Shown here: in pieces, positions 23,014-33,609 of the stretch | How positions within the stretch are numbered: position 1 is the stretch's first letter | Layout of the letters: each line of letters opens with the position of its first letter | Virus record (IMG/VR): IMGVR_UViG_3300039208_000228 | Location: 1 to 36,510 of that record | Reading direction: 5' to 3' (one strand) | DNA: 36,510 bases | Origin: a virus | Lineage: Duplodnaviria; Caudoviricetes | Notes under the pieces: generated by a model | The model's database searches: none | What the model was told of the DNA's origin: nothing | Seen by the model: the letters and a program-made list of their open reading frames with translations, nothing else | Program-made: the position numbers and the translations under genes

Positions 23014-24810
23014 ATGCCTGTAAATAAATGGTTAGACGAAGATCTACAAGATATTGGAGCAATTACTCCTGATGATGGCGCAATACTTGTGGGGGACGGT
23101 TCGGACTGGGTTAAAGAGAGTGGAGCAACAGCCCGGACTAGTCTAGGTGCAGCGGCTACTTCACATACTCACGCTGCCTCAGATATTAATTCAGGAACTT
23201 TAGCTCACGAACGTGGTGGTATTGAAGCTGATATCTCAGCAGTAACTACCGGTGATATTCTTGCTGGTACTTCCGCCGGGACAATGGCAATCGTCGCTGC
23301 TTCTGGTGCTTCGGATGGCGACGTTCTTACCTTACAAGCTGATGGAACGGTAGCTTACGAGACGCCTGCAGCTGGTGGTGGTGGTCAAACGCTAGTAACA
23401 AGGGTAGTGGCAGCCTCAGGTGGTGATCACACAACCCTAGGAGCAGCTGTAACGGCGGCTTCTGCTGGTGATACGATCTGGGTAACACCTGGCACTTACA
23501 CTGAGTCAGCAATCACGACTTCATTAGCTAACCTGACGATTATTGGTGCGAATCCAGAGTCTACAGTTTTGAACTTTACGACCAACAACCTGACTCCATC
23601 TGGTGCTTACTTCACTATGAAGAACATCAAGATGACCTTCAGCACTGGAACACTAGAGTGTACGAGTACTCAAGCTACCTTCGATAATGTTCACTACTCA
23701 AAGTCTGGTAACGGTCAGTCAGATATCTCAGGAACGGAAACAACTATTAATAATTGTCGCTTTGAATCAAGCCAAACTGATGACGCTTGCCACATTGATA
23801 TTGACGGCAGTCTTACTCGAATAACTGGAACCTACTTCAAGTTCAACGCTTCAGAGACTAGCGCTGGTGTAGGAACAATTCAGCTCGGCGGAACTAACTC
23901 AAGTGTCTCGGGCAACGTATTTGAGCACAACGCTTCTGGTGCAGGTACTCAGGTTGAGTTTGATGGTTCACAAATGAATGTCGCTGGTAACCAGTTCCAC
24001 GGAGATGCAACAGCTACTATCGCTACCATTGGTCAGACACTGAACTTTACTGGCAACATGCTGCAAAATGCAGCCACCGGGCTATTGGTTAAGCAGCAAT
24101 GTAACGTTTCTAGTAATGCATTTATGGCCTGTGACAACGGTATTGTTCTAGAGAACAACAAGACCAACATTACAGGCAACAGATTCCAAGGGTCATTCGA
24201 CCAGTCGACAGACAAAGGTATCTCTATTAGTGACGGTTATGACGAGAACACTATCGCTGGTAATAACTTCAACTACATGGGAACGGGTGTAGAGGTAGCT
24301 GGCTCAAACTGCGATAACAACCACATTACTGGGAACCACTTCAACGATGACATTACGACTGCGGTTGATGATTCTGGCACGACCACTCACATCTACGGCA
24401 ACTCAGGCTCTAACACGCTGATTAGTGACAAGCTAATGCGCTACATGAAGAACACCTCTGGTGGAGCACTAGCAGCTGGAGACCTTGTAACCTTCAAAGC
24501 AGTCGCAGCAGGTGACGAGTTTACAACTACGACTACTCAGGGTGATGACCTGGTGATCGGTGTAGTTGCTGAATCTATTGGCAATAACGCTTACGGCCAC
24601 ATTCAAACCGAAGGTAAAGTCACAACGCTCAAGGTAGATGGAACGACTGACATTGCAGTCGGTGACTTCATCGGAACGTTCACCTCGGCTGGTATCGGCA
24701 TGAAGGCAGCTTCAGGAGATATGGCTATCGCAATCGCCTTAGAGGCTTACACAACAGATGACAGCAACGGTGTAATCGATGCGCTCCTAATCAGTCCACG
24801 CAAAATCTAA
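23014..24810 (+). CDS. Fibre/spike protein with right-handed beta-helix (pectin-lyase-like) and C-terminal DUF2190-like domain
   Basis: AGDTIWVTPGTYTE beta-helix cap; repeated (I/V)xGNxF Asn-ladder rungs; C-terminal ALAAGDLV...VIGVVAE...IAVGDFI...AIAIALEA. Confidence 0.8.
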   Translation: MPVNKWLDEDLQDIGAITPDDGAILVGDGSDWVKESGATARTSLGAAATSHTHAASDINSGTLAHERGGIEADISAVTTGDILAGTSAGTMAIVAASGASDGDVLTLQADGTVAYETPAAGGGGQTLVTRVVAASGGDHTTLGAAVTAASAGDTIWVTPGTYTESAITTSLANLTIIGANPESTVLNFTTNNLTPSGAYFTMKNIKMTFSTGTLECTSTQATFDNVHYSKSGNGQSDISGTETTINNCRFESSQTDDACHIDIDGSLTRITGTYFKFNASETSAGVGTIQLGGTNSSVSGNVFEHNASGAGTQVEFDGSQMNVAGNQFHGDATATIATIGQTLNFTGNMLQNAATGLLVKQQCNVSSNAFMACDNGIVLENNKTNITGNRFQGSFDQSTDKGISISDGYDENTIAGNNFNYMGTGVEVAGSNCDNNHITGNHFNDDITTAVDDSGTTTHIYGNSGSNTLISDKLMRYMKNTSGGALAAGDLVTFKAVAAGDEFTTTTTQGDDLVIGVVAESIGNNAYGHIQTEGKVTTLKVDGTTDIAVGDFIGTFTSAGIGMKAASGDMAIAIALEAYTTDDSNGVIDALLISPRKI

Positions 24811-24820
24811 GGGGATTTAA

Positions 24821-25483
24821 ATGACATACGAACAGCTATACCAACTCTGCCAAAGACAGTCTGGTAATAAGGATGCTGATGCCCTTGAGGGGATGAAGCT
24901 GTATTTGAACATGGCGCAGAAGGACATGGCTGCTCGTCTAGAGAATTGGCCTCCCCTTCAAGCATCAAGCACGCTATCCCTAACTGATGGGACGGAGGAG
25001 TACGCTTTAGCGAGCGACTTCTTCAAGATGCGGGGGAGGACAGTTCGAATCACCACAGATAATTATGAGAGGACTATTCCTATCGAGAGCTACTCAGAGT
25101 TCAGAGTGAAGTATCCAGAGACTTCTGATGACACAGAATCGACGCCGACTTGCTGCTACTTTTCGCCTAATTCGGAAACATCACTGCGCTTCTACCCAAT
25201 TCCTGAACAGTCATACACAGTTGCCTACGATTATATAAAGGCGCCGAGTGACATGACGCTAACGTCTGACACCCCGTTCTTTAATGCTCGCTGGCACCAC
25301 ATCCTAGCTGATTATGCTTTAGCACTTCACTTTGAATCTGCATATGAAGCTCGTTATGACAAAGCCAATTTCCACCGATCAAAGTACGAACAAGAGGCTG
25401 ACCGTGCGGTTGCCGACTTGCGCAAGCGTTCAACTGGACAATCAGAAATGAGAATTAATTATTCAACAGGGGTAAATGAGTAA
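24821..25483 (+). CDS. Head-tail adaptor (tail tubular protein A / P22 gp4-like)
   Basis: YLNMAQKD, GTEEYALASDF, LRFYPIP...Y.V.YDY and P....WHHILADYA; upstream of the nozzle gene. Confidence 0.75.
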   Translation: MTYEQLYQLCQRQSGNKDADALEGMKLYLNMAQKDMAARLENWPPLQASSTLSLTDGTEEYALASDFFKMRGRTVRITTDNYERTIPIESYSEFRVKYPETSDDTESTPTCCYFSPNSETSLRFYPIPEQSYTVAYDYIKAPSDMTLTSDTPFFNARWHHILADYALALHFESAYEARYDKANFHRSKYEQEADRAVADLRKRSTGQSEMRINYSTGVNE

Positions 25484-27552
25484 TGCCAAGACTTAGACTT
25501 CCTAAGGTACAAAACCAGGTTCGTTTTCCACGCAAGCGAATGTCTTTTGCTGGTGGAATCAACAACACAAAGACCGAACACGATACCAAGGAAGATGAGT
25601 TAGTTGCTGGCTTAAATATGTTCACTGATGAGGCTGGTGCTGCTTACAACCGTAAGGGAGCAACACTCCATCGACAGTTTCTCGGTGATACTACCGGGAT
25701 GCAGGTCTTCAACTTCACTAATCGTGGTGGTACTCAAGAGTTTCTAGCCGTATATGACACCAACGTCTATCGAGATGCATCAGGAGCTTGGACAGCTTTG
25801 ACTGGTGCTACTGTAACCTCAGATTTGAGAGCTGATGCTACTTACTATTCAGAAACAGATAAGTGGTACTTAACTAATGGAACCGATGACGTTGTTGTTT
25901 ATACCTCCGGAAGTTCTGCAACAACTGATGCTTCATTCAAGAAGGGTAAATACATTGAACAGTTTGATGGGCGAATTATTACCGCCAACGTATCCAGTCA
26001 AGAAGACTATCTCTGGGTATCTGACTTAGGCACTGATTCATTCGGTGCGAATTCGTTCCAGCGAGCTGAGGGTGCTATCAAGGGGCTGATGGCACTCGGA
26101 CCAAGAAAGCTTTTGGTCTTCACCGATAAGAAAGTTTATAGAGTCCCAGGGTTCACTAACACGCCAGACGCCGCTGGACCTGAGGCATTCTATGATCTAG
26201 GGGCTACCTTCGGCAGCATCGCTGACCGAACTATCGTAAAGTTAAACGGAATAAGCTACTTCTTGGGACTGGATTCCCAGAATGTGGCTGAGGTCTATGC
26301 GAGTGATGGACAACGAGTGTTACCTATAGGTGGCCCGAAGATAAAGAACTACTTGAATGGTTTGAATGCTGCTGCGCTAGATGATGCGACTGCAATTGCA
26401 GATGGTCGTTACTATCGACTCGCTGTTTCTCCATCAGGCAGTACAACCAATACCCGTGAGTATCTCTATGACACAATTACGAAGAAGTGGCTACCAGAAT
26501 TCCGACCAGGCTTTCCAATTGGGACTTACGCTAATATCCGAACTTCTAGTGCTGACACAATCTACGCAGGTCATCAGTCACTCGGGTTGGTTTACCAACT
26601 CAACAGTGGTCGTTACGACGAATTAACCGATCAATCTTATACTTCAGGACAGGATGCCGATCGTTCGATTACTGGCTCAACTACGGTCCGGGCAGCTCAA
26701 GGCTTTAAGCTCTCCAATAACGCACAGACTACGAGGAAGATAAATGGCGGGGCAGTTTATCTGAAGAAGGTGGGCGGTACCACTACTGAATTGACTGTCC
26801 GGATTGAGACAGACGACTCAGGAGTACCCTCAGGTACACTAGCTAGCGCTAATTTGACTACTACTATAGATGCGATCACTGACACTAGTTATGGCTGGCA
26901 CAACTTTTCCTTCTCTACTCCAACTGCCTTAACTGGTTCAACTCAATACCACCTAGTTATTCAGCATACGACGGAAGGCAGCGGTTCGAGTGACTACGCC
27001 TGGGGCGAAGATTCAAGCTCTCCAACCTATTCCGATGGTGCAGCTTCTGCCTATGCGAGTGGATCTTGGTCAGCTGTAGCGGGCTCAGATCTTCTCTTTG
27101 CTGTCTTCATCCAAGAAGAGATTGAGTCATATGTTATGCAAACCACTCATCTCGGTTTTCCGCAGTATCCTAAGTCAGTTAAGAAGATTCAGCTCGAAGG
27201 GCAATCCAGCACAGGTGTTACCGGGCAACTCGGTATTGGTGTTAATGGTAAGAATTCAACCTTTAGCCCACAGATGAACATTGCGCTTACCGGCAAGTCC
27301 AACGTCTGGGCAACAGATGACTCAGACACAACTGAGAACCGACTAATTTGGGCAAACAACGACACCCAAATGGGTGACAATATTAAGTGGGCATCTGACG
27401 ATGACACCTATTCCCTGACTCTGGTTGCACCACCATACTTTCCTAAGCGTCGATATCTAACCTTCCGCCATTACTTTAAGGGGGTGGGAGAGTTCAGAAT
27501 CAATAAATACACACCGGTATTCGAGACAATACCGACAGAATGGAGTAAATAA
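25483..27552 (+). CDS. Tail nozzle (tubular protein B / P22 gp10-like beta-propeller) with an inserted beta-sandwich domain
   Basis: SFAGGIN...N......G....RKG N-terminus, propeller-like beta repeats, YDTITKKW; insert AAQGFK...LTVRIETD.SGVPSG...YHLVI. Confidence 0.75.
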   Translation: MPRLRLPKVQNQVRFPRKRMSFAGGINNTKTEHDTKEDELVAGLNMFTDEAGAAYNRKGATLHRQFLGDTTGMQVFNFTNRGGTQEFLAVYDTNVYRDASGAWTALTGATVTSDLRADATYYSETDKWYLTNGTDDVVVYTSGSSATTDASFKKGKYIEQFDGRIITANVSSQEDYLWVSDLGTDSFGANSFQRAEGAIKGLMALGPRKLLVFTDKKVYRVPGFTNTPDAAGPEAFYDLGATFGSIADRTIVKLNGISYFLGLDSQNVAEVYASDGQRVLPIGGPKIKNYLNGLNAAALDDATAIADGRYYRLAVSPSGSTTNTREYLYDTITKKWLPEFRPGFPIGTYANIRTSSADTIYAGHQSLGLVYQLNSGRYDELTDQSYTSGQDADRSITGSTTVRAAQGFKLSNNAQTTRKINGGAVYLKKVGGTTTELTVRIETDDSGVPSGTLASANLTTTIDAITDTSYGWHNFSFSTPTALTGSTQYHLVIQHTTEGSGSSDYAWGEDSSSPTYSDGAASAYASGSWSAVAGSDLLFAVFIQEEIESYVMQTTHLGFPQYPKSVKKIQLEGQSSTGVTGQLGIGVNGKNSTFSPQMNIALTGKSNVWATDDSDTTENRLIWANNDTQMGDNIKWASDDDTYSLTLVAPPYFPKRRYLTFRHYFKGVGEFRINKYTPVFETIPTEWSK

Positions 27553-28118
27553 TGGCAGAATCACAGCCAACAAGAACCTATGACTTCACTGGTGGCTCGA
27601 ATGCAGTCGCCGATGCAGTCGATACTGACCTCAATACCCTGTACACAGTCTTGCAGGGAGGGTTGGGTAATACGCATATTGCCGCTGATGCAGCGATTGA
27701 CTGGACTAAGATGGCAAGTACAGCTTGGACAGCCTTCACCCCGTCATGGAACAACGTCACACTCGGTTCGGGAGAGACTAACGTAGGACGATACTTCTTA
27801 ATGGGTAAGACTCTATTTGTGACTGCCGATCTAACACTTGGAACAGGAGGAAGTGTTAGTGGAACTTTGAGCATGGACCTACCAAACAGTTATACAGCTG
27901 CTAACCAGAGTGTTAACTACTGGGGTGGTGGTAAGGGTAGAACCTCAGTTTCTGCTAGCAAGCATTGGGTCATTACCGCTGAAGTACGACCTAATGTATC
28001 AACCGTACGATTCTACACCGATAATGACTCAAGTATTATTGATAACAACACACCTGATTCTTCTGGCTGGCAGGTCGGTGATGGTGTGAAGTTCTCGATT
28101 GTTCTCGAGATTGCGTAA
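27552..28118 (+). CDS. Short tail fibre
   Basis: AVADAVDTDLNTLY N-terminus, then WTAFTPSW...GRYFLMGKTLFV...DLP, typical of phage fibre tip domains. Confidence 0.65.
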   Translation: MAESQPTRTYDFTGGSNAVADAVDTDLNTLYTVLQGGLGNTHIAADAAIDWTKMASTAWTAFTPSWNNVTLGSGETNVGRYFLMGKTLFVTADLTLGTGGSVSGTLSMDLPNSYTAANQSVNYWGGGKGRTSVSASKHWVITAEVRPNVSTVRFYTDNDSSIIDNNTPDSSGWQVGDGVKFSIVLEIA

Positions 28119-28127
28119 GGGGGATGG

Positions 28128-29066
28128 ATGGCAACACAAGCAGAATTACAGGCTCAATTAGATAGAGCAAAATCGCCTGAGTTTTTGGCAGAGCAAGAAG
28201 CAGCTGCTCGTCTTGCCTATGAACCACAACTAGCGAATATCCAACTATCTGAGAGTAGAGCTCGTAAACAATCCGACCTATCTCGACAAGGTATTGAACT
28301 AGGCAGGAACACTTTAGAAGGGGATATCAACGAGAGTATTCGTAGGATTAAGCGACAGCAACAGGAGCAAGAAGCTAACTTCCTTAATAAGCAGCAGAAT
28401 CTAGGTATCCGATCATCTGGTTTAACCTTGACTGGTCTATCTAATATTGGTTCAGAGACAGGCATTACCCTTTCTCGTATCGAGCAAGATCGAGCTAACC
28501 GACTCGCACAGTTCGCATTACAAGAAGCTAATGTCGAAGACACGCTAGCCAATGCAATTCGACAGGCAGAGATTAGCAAGCAACAACTAGAGTTCGATAT
28601 TGCAGAGCGTCGAGATGCAGCAGTTCAAGACGAACAAGCCCGAGTAGAAGCGTTGATGAATCAGATTATCAGTGCTAGCCGAGGCAGAGGTGGCAGTAGT
28701 GGAAGCAGCGGCTTACCAGAAGACCAAGAACGATGGATGAGCGCTTGGAACGAAGGCATCATGGCTTTTGAAGACCTAGATATGCGAGGTGGTGGAACCC
28801 GAGATCGCTTTTTCTCAGATGACGAGTGGAATGCTGCTAAAGAACGAGTCCACTTAATCGCTCAGAACTACGGTGTAGATCCAGGTCAGCTCTTCGGACA
28901 ACTCAGCTTGAACTATAACTTCCAACGATGGGATCCAGATCAAGCCCAGTACTACCAGTACAGAAACTATGATCCAATTATCCCGGTAGAAGGTGGTGAA
29001 GGAAGTGCCGGAGCAGTATTTAGTCCAGAAGAATTAGCAGCGCTACAGTCAGTATTTGGGGGATAA
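28128..29066 (+). CDS. Internal virion / ejection protein (coiled coil)
   Basis: Q/E/R/A-rich helical protein with a LGIRSSG motif, located after the tail genes. Confidence 0.65.
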   Translation: MATQAELQAQLDRAKSPEFLAEQEAAARLAYEPQLANIQLSESRARKQSDLSRQGIELGRNTLEGDINESIRRIKRQQQEQEANFLNKQQNLGIRSSGLTLTGLSNIGSETGITLSRIEQDRANRLAQFALQEANVEDTLANAIRQAEISKQQLEFDIAERRDAAVQDEQARVEALMNQIISASRGRGGSSGSSGLPEDQERWMSAWNEGIMAFEDLDMRGGGTRDRFFSDDEWNAAKERVHLIAQNYGVDPGQLFGQLSLNYNFQRWDPDQAQYYQYRNYDPIIPVEGGEGSAGAVFSPEELAALQSVFGG

Positions 29067-32000
29067 ATGGCGAAGACTTTCCGTCAGAAATTCGAGGATG
29101 CTCTTCGTGGTGTCTTAGGTCCTGGCTATCGGTTCGCTAAGCAGCGCTTTGAACGGGACATCGAACGGAGTCCAGCTTTTGCTCGTAATGTCGAGAAGTT
29201 TAATCGTACCTTCAAAGATATTGAACAGATCCCTGCGGGTGCTTTTGCTAAAGGTGTGGATGATGTTACGGGATTAGCACGAACGCTTCTCCCAAAGGCA
29301 ACTGAGCGCAAACTCTTTGGTGGTGATGATCCAGTAGGACAGAGATTAGCCAATCGCTTAGTAGGACAGGCACAATCAGATCGACAAAAGAAACTGAGAA
29401 AATCAGGGCGTTTTGGTGCTGGAGTTGTTACAGAAACCGCACCATTCTTGGCTGGTATTGGAGCAGGGCGAGCTCTCAAGGCAGCTCCAGCGCTATCTCG
29501 TCTCAGTAAGGCTGGGAAACTCGGTAAGGTAGCTTCAGCAGTTGCAAGTGAAGCAACAACTGGTGGTATCGGAGCACTACTAGCAGAAGCCAAGAGGGAT
29601 ACTGGTCCACTTCAAGCTCTCAGAGAGGGTGGTAAGGGATTAGTTTACGGCGGGTTACTGGCTCCGGTTAGTCAGATTCCAAATGTTGGTACTCGAAGAT
29701 TTTTGCGTGCTCTACCTCGTCTAGGCGCTGGTGCAGCACTGGGTGCGGGGGCAGCCAAACTAGCCGGTGACGATCCACGAATGGGTGCTGGTATTGGTGT
29801 AGCAGTGGGTGCATTAGGTGGAGGACCTGCTGCTTCGCAAGCAGATGATGTTAAACCAAAAGGTTTTGATCCAAAGACCTACGTCAAAGAACAGAAGGCA
29901 GCTCAGGATGCAGCTCGTAAGAGTGGTAAGAAGGGTGTTGGTTTAGCTAAGGAAGTTAATCGTAAGTTAATTGATGGTAACGCTCCACTGGAAAAGATCC
30001 TCGATGATGCTGCTAAAGAAGGTAAATACGTTGTTCGACCTTCTTACCACATCAGAGATCCTATTGATCGGACCCTGAGAACGCCATCACTAGCTGGTCA
30101 GTTCGTTAGAGACAAAGGTTTACAGTCTGTTATTCAGGAAGTTGGCGAGAATAATCTCGACGAGTTTAACCAGTTCTTAATTGCCAAGCAGGCACTCGAT
30201 GTATCAAAGCGTGGCGTAAAGACTGGACGTAATCTTGCTAAAGACAAGCAGCTAGTTTCTGCTTTATCTGGTAAGTACGATGACTTAGCATCACAGGTTA
30301 AGGGTTATTCAGATGAGTTGCTCGATTATCTGCAGGATGCTGGGGTTATCAGTGACGACCTGGCTAAGAACTTAAAGACTAAGTACCCCAACTATGCTCC
30401 TCTCAATAGAATCTTTGATGACATTGAGAAGGACTTTATCACTAGTGGTACCCGGGGTAAGGGTGTTGCTTCTATCGGTTCTCAGAATGTCATTAAGAAG
30501 CTGAAGGGTAGTGAGCGACAAATAGAAGATCCACTCTCAAGCCTGATGGGTAAGACTTTAGATGCCTTCTCGGTTGGTGAGCGCAATAAGGCTGGACGAT
30601 TACTCGCAAGCTATAAGAATTTGCCGAATAATCCTTTTGGCCTCAAGGAAGTCACTCAGGTTAAGCCAGGCATGGCAACCATCTCCTTCTTAGACGATGG
30701 TGTGAAGAGGACCTTCGAGACGATGCCTGAGGTTGCTCAAGCTGCAAAGAATCTTGAATACCAACAATTCAATATCTTGATGCAAGCAATTGCTGTACCA
30801 ACTCGTATTTTGAAGACCGGTGCAACAGGTGTAAACGCTCCATTCGCTGCAGCTAACATTATTCGTGACCAGGGCTTCGCTTTTGTTAACTCACCCTATG
30901 CGCTAGCTACCAACCCAATTACTGCACCACGCAACTTCTTCCGCTCAATTATGGCGGTAATGAAGCATGATGATTTATACGATGATTACGTTCGTAGTGG
31001 GTCTGCCTTTACGCAATTCGATATCTCTCGTAATGCTCCAGGATTAACCGTTAAACGAATGGGGTCAGAGGGTGGTACAGCTAAGATTGCTCATACGATT
31101 ACCAACCCTAAAGAGTGGTTACGGGCGATCGAGGACATCATGTCTCGGTTTGAGGAGCTAACCCGTGTTCAGCAGTTTGCTGGTACTAGAGAGCATCTCA
31201 TCAAGCAGGGCATGAATATTGATGATGCTGTTGCTTTGGCTGGTAGGGGAGCTCGAGAGAACACCGCTAACTTTGCTCGTAAGGGTGAGTGGGGCAAAGT
31301 TCTTAACGTTACGATTCCATACCTCAATGCTGGCTTCCAAGGTGCTCGATCTCTGCGACGTAGTTTTGCTCAGCGTCCAGTGCAGACTGCTGTTAAGTCA
31401 GCAATCGTTGGTTTCTTCCCAGCAATGCTACTAACTATGTGGAACAAGAAAGACCCTGAACGAGCTGCGGTGTACGCAGATATTGCTGAGCATGAGAAAG
31501 CCAGAAACTTTATTGTCGTTGGTCCAGATCCTAAGAAGGATGAGAAGAAGAACCGATGGGAGGGAGTCTATAAGATCCCCATTACTCCAGGCTTCGCTAA
31601 TTTAGTCGATGTTGTTCGTCGTGAAGTTGAGGGACTGCATGACTACACCGACCCACAAACCTTTGCCAAGATTGCGAGTGATTTATTTGCTGCTGGTACT
31701 TCCATCGAGTTGGATTCTTCAATCGCTAGTCAGGTAACTCCACAGGTCATTAAGCCAGTAGTTGAGAACTTTACTAACCGTAATCTCTTCACGGGGCGAG
31801 AGATTGTCCCTCGTTCGCTAGAAGATGCGCCACCAGAAGCCCAAGTTCGTTCATTTACCGGTGGTACAGAACGAATTCTCGGCAAACTGTTTGATGCTGC
31901 TCCAGCCAAAGTAGGCAATATGGCTTCAACTGTTGGCGGTGGCGTTGGCACTCAACTTCTCAATATCTCAGACAATGTCTTAGCTAAGCTTGGATTAATT

Positions 32001-32474
32001 CCAGAGGATCAAATTGGTGGGCGAAGTATTGCTGAACACGTTAAGAACAGATTCTTTGCACCAGTTGGTGGAGAAACTGAACGAGCCTCCTTCGACAAGA
32101 TTAGTGAGCTAGAAGGTTTGGGTCAAAAGACCCGTAATGAACGCAATACCGCTGCACGTAAGGCTCTAGATGAGATCAAGACGCTTCCAAACGATCAACG
32201 GTTGGCCTACGCCGCACAACTCAAGCAAAGCAATCCTGACGCATTTGAGAAGTTTTTGGAGTATGCGCAAGAAGAAGCTCAAGGGTTCACTTCACTGGAC
32301 CGAGCAGCACGGACATTGGGAGTCTCTGACGGGACAAGAGCAGCCTTTATTGTTGACCAACTAAATCAGATGGACACTGCTGATTCCAAGATCGCTTATC
32401 TAGCTGACATGAAGCAGAAGAAAATTATGACGGACACAGTGTTCCAACAAGTAATCGCAATATTAGGAGGCTAA
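29067..32474 (+). CDS. Large ejection / polyvalent protein with LPD38-like C-terminal region
   Basis: 1135 aa; G/A-rich hydrophobic N-terminal helices; YPNYAPLNR, NIIRDQ, NFARKG..GK.LN..IPYLNA..QG and P.VE..TNRN.FTGREIVP. Confidence 0.75.
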   Translation: MAKTFRQKFEDALRGVLGPGYRFAKQRFERDIERSPAFARNVEKFNRTFKDIEQIPAGAFAKGVDDVTGLARTLLPKATERKLFGGDDPVGQRLANRLVGQAQSDRQKKLRKSGRFGAGVVTETAPFLAGIGAGRALKAAPALSRLSKAGKLGKVASAVASEATTGGIGALLAEAKRDTGPLQALREGGKGLVYGGLLAPVSQIPNVGTRRFLRALPRLGAGAALGAGAAKLAGDDPRMGAGIGVAVGALGGGPAASQADDVKPKGFDPKTYVKEQKAAQDAARKSGKKGVGLAKEVNRKLIDGNAPLEKILDDAAKEGKYVVRPSYHIRDPIDRTLRTPSLAGQFVRDKGLQSVIQEVGENNLDEFNQFLIAKQALDVSKRGVKTGRNLAKDKQLVSALSGKYDDLASQVKGYSDELLDYLQDAGVISDDLAKNLKTKYPNYAPLNRIFDDIEKDFITSGTRGKGVASIGSQNVIKKLKGSERQIEDPLSSLMGKTLDAFSVGERNKAGRLLASYKNLPNNPFGLKEVTQVKPGMATISFLDDGVKRTFETMPEVAQAAKNLEYQQFNILMQAIAVPTRILKTGATGVNAPFAAANIIRDQGFAFVNSPYALATNPITAPRNFFRSIMAVMKHDDLYDDYVRSGSAFTQFDISRNAPGLTVKRMGSEGGTAKIAHTITNPKEWLRAIEDIMSRFEELTRVQQFAGTREHLIKQGMNIDDAVALAGRGARENTANFARKGEWGKVLNVTIPYLNAGFQGARSLRRSFAQRPVQTAVKSAIVGFFPAMLLTMWNKKDPERAAVYADIAEHEKARNFIVVGPDPKKDEKKNRWEGVYKIPITPGFANLVDVVRREVEGLHDYTDPQTFAKIASDLFAAGTSIELDSSIASQVTPQVIKPVVENFTNRNLFTGREIVPRSLEDAPPEAQVRSFTGGTERILGKLFDAAPAKVGNMASTVGGGVGTQLLNISDNVLAKLGLIPEDQIGGRSIAEHVKNRFFAPVGGETERASFDKISELEGLGQKTRNERNTAARKALDEIKTLPNDQRLAYAAQLKQSNPDAFEKFLEYAQEEAQGFTSLDRAARTLGVSDGTRAAFIVDQLNQMDTADSKIAYLADMKQKKIMTDTVFQQVIAILGG

Positions 32475-32906
32475 ATGCCACAAGGAATCGGATACGGACA
32501 AAGCTCCCAAGTATCACCAGAGGTTAACGATCCTCGGTTTGATCGATCGGGACCATACGTAGGAGCCCTATTACAGGGACCTAGAAGATCGGCGCTACAG
32601 GGAAGTATTCCCTTTGTGCCACGAAGACGACCAGTCGATGGGATTGGTCAGCAATTTAGAGGTAATCCCCGACTACCATTAAATGTTGAGGGTGCTATGC
32701 CAGTTTCTCGAGACGAGAGAACCGCTGGTATAGAGGCAGCAATTATTCGAGCTCTCTTGGGTATGAAGAACCGAGCAGAGAAGCTTAATCCATTGAGTGC
32801 CTTACTAGATTTGTTTGGCAAAGCAGAAGCTGATGAGCGACCAATGCGCCATAGAATGCCATTTGGTGATCTACCATCACGGTTTGCGGACAATGGTGAG
32901 GAATGA
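32475..32906 (+). CDS. Hypothetical protein
   Basis: AGGAGG SD; abuts both neighbours. Confidence 0.65.
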   Translation: MPQGIGYGQSSQVSPEVNDPRFDRSGPYVGALLQGPRRSALQGSIPFVPRRRPVDGIGQQFRGNPRLPLNVEGAMPVSRDERTAGIEAAIIRALLGMKNRAEKLNPLSALLDLFGKAEADERPMRHRMPFGDLPSRFADNGEE

Positions 32907-33139
32907 TGTCTAAGAAGAATGGTACAGGTGATCGAACAGGAGTTATTGAAGCGACGCTGGAGTTCATTAAGCGGGACATTGGCGAGATCAAGTCAGCTAT
33001 GAAGGAGATCCGGGAGGACTTCATTACACGAGCTGAGTTTGAACCTGTCAAAAGAATTGTCTACGGAATGGTAACGTTGATCTTAACAGCGGTTGTTGGT
33101 GCTCTGATAGCACTAGTAGTTCAAGGGGGTGGAATGTGA
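32903..33139 (+). CDS. Single-TM holin-like (XhlA-like) protein
   Basis: Coiled coil LEFIKRDIGEIK followed by TM IVYGMVTLILTAVVGALIALVV; upstream of the endolysin. Confidence 0.6.
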   Translation: MMSKKNGTGDRTGVIEATLEFIKRDIGEIKSAMKEIREDFITRAEFEPVKRIVYGMVTLILTAVVGALIALVVQGGGM

Positions 33140-33609
33140 CCAAAGAAAAACTGATTAAACTCTACGATAAGTTTGCTAATGCCTATGTGGCTTCAATGGT
33201 GGTTATTTTTGCTGCTATAGCGGTAATGCTTTACTTCGCCTTCTGGAGCTGGTGGCCATTCAACGTCATTACTTATAACAATCTGCCATTTCCAGTAGAC
33301 AAAGAAGTGTATGAACCAGGCGATAATATCGATTACACGTTCAATTACTGCAAACACATCGGAGCTAGAGCTAGTGTTACCAGAACATTAACTAATGCTA
33401 GTCGTACTATTGAACTAGAAGGCTTTGAGAGCTCTAGTTTTGCTACTGGCTGTGGCGAAGTCAGCAGTGCCGTACCAATTCCAATCTATGCCCAACCAGG
33501 CGTATATCGTATGCTAATTACAGTAGATTTTGATGTTCATCCATTAAGGACGATTACTTATAGGTTGGAAACACAGGAGTTTGAGGTTGTCGAACCGCAA
33601 AACAACTGA
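33136..33609 (+). CDS. Membrane-anchored protein with Ig-like C-terminal domain (lysis module)
   Basis: N-terminal TM helix, VYEPGD.I.Y...YCK...GC...PGVY, two Cys. Confidence 0.65.
   Translation: MTKEKLIKLYDKFANAYVASMVVIFAAIAVMLYFAFWSWWPFNVITYNNLPFPVDKEVYEPGDNIDYTFNYCKHIGARASVTRTLTNASRTIELEGFESSSFATGCGEVSSAVPIPIYAQPGVYRMLITVDFDVHPLRTITYRLETQEFEVVEPQNN

Noticed and set aside
29126-29593. 155-aa minus-strand ORF and similar short antisense or alternate-frame ORFs (e.g. 12525..12923, 19812..20126, 28217..28579, 2549..2777)
   Set aside because: They overlap better-supported + strand genes and lack SD sequences or recognisable motifs.
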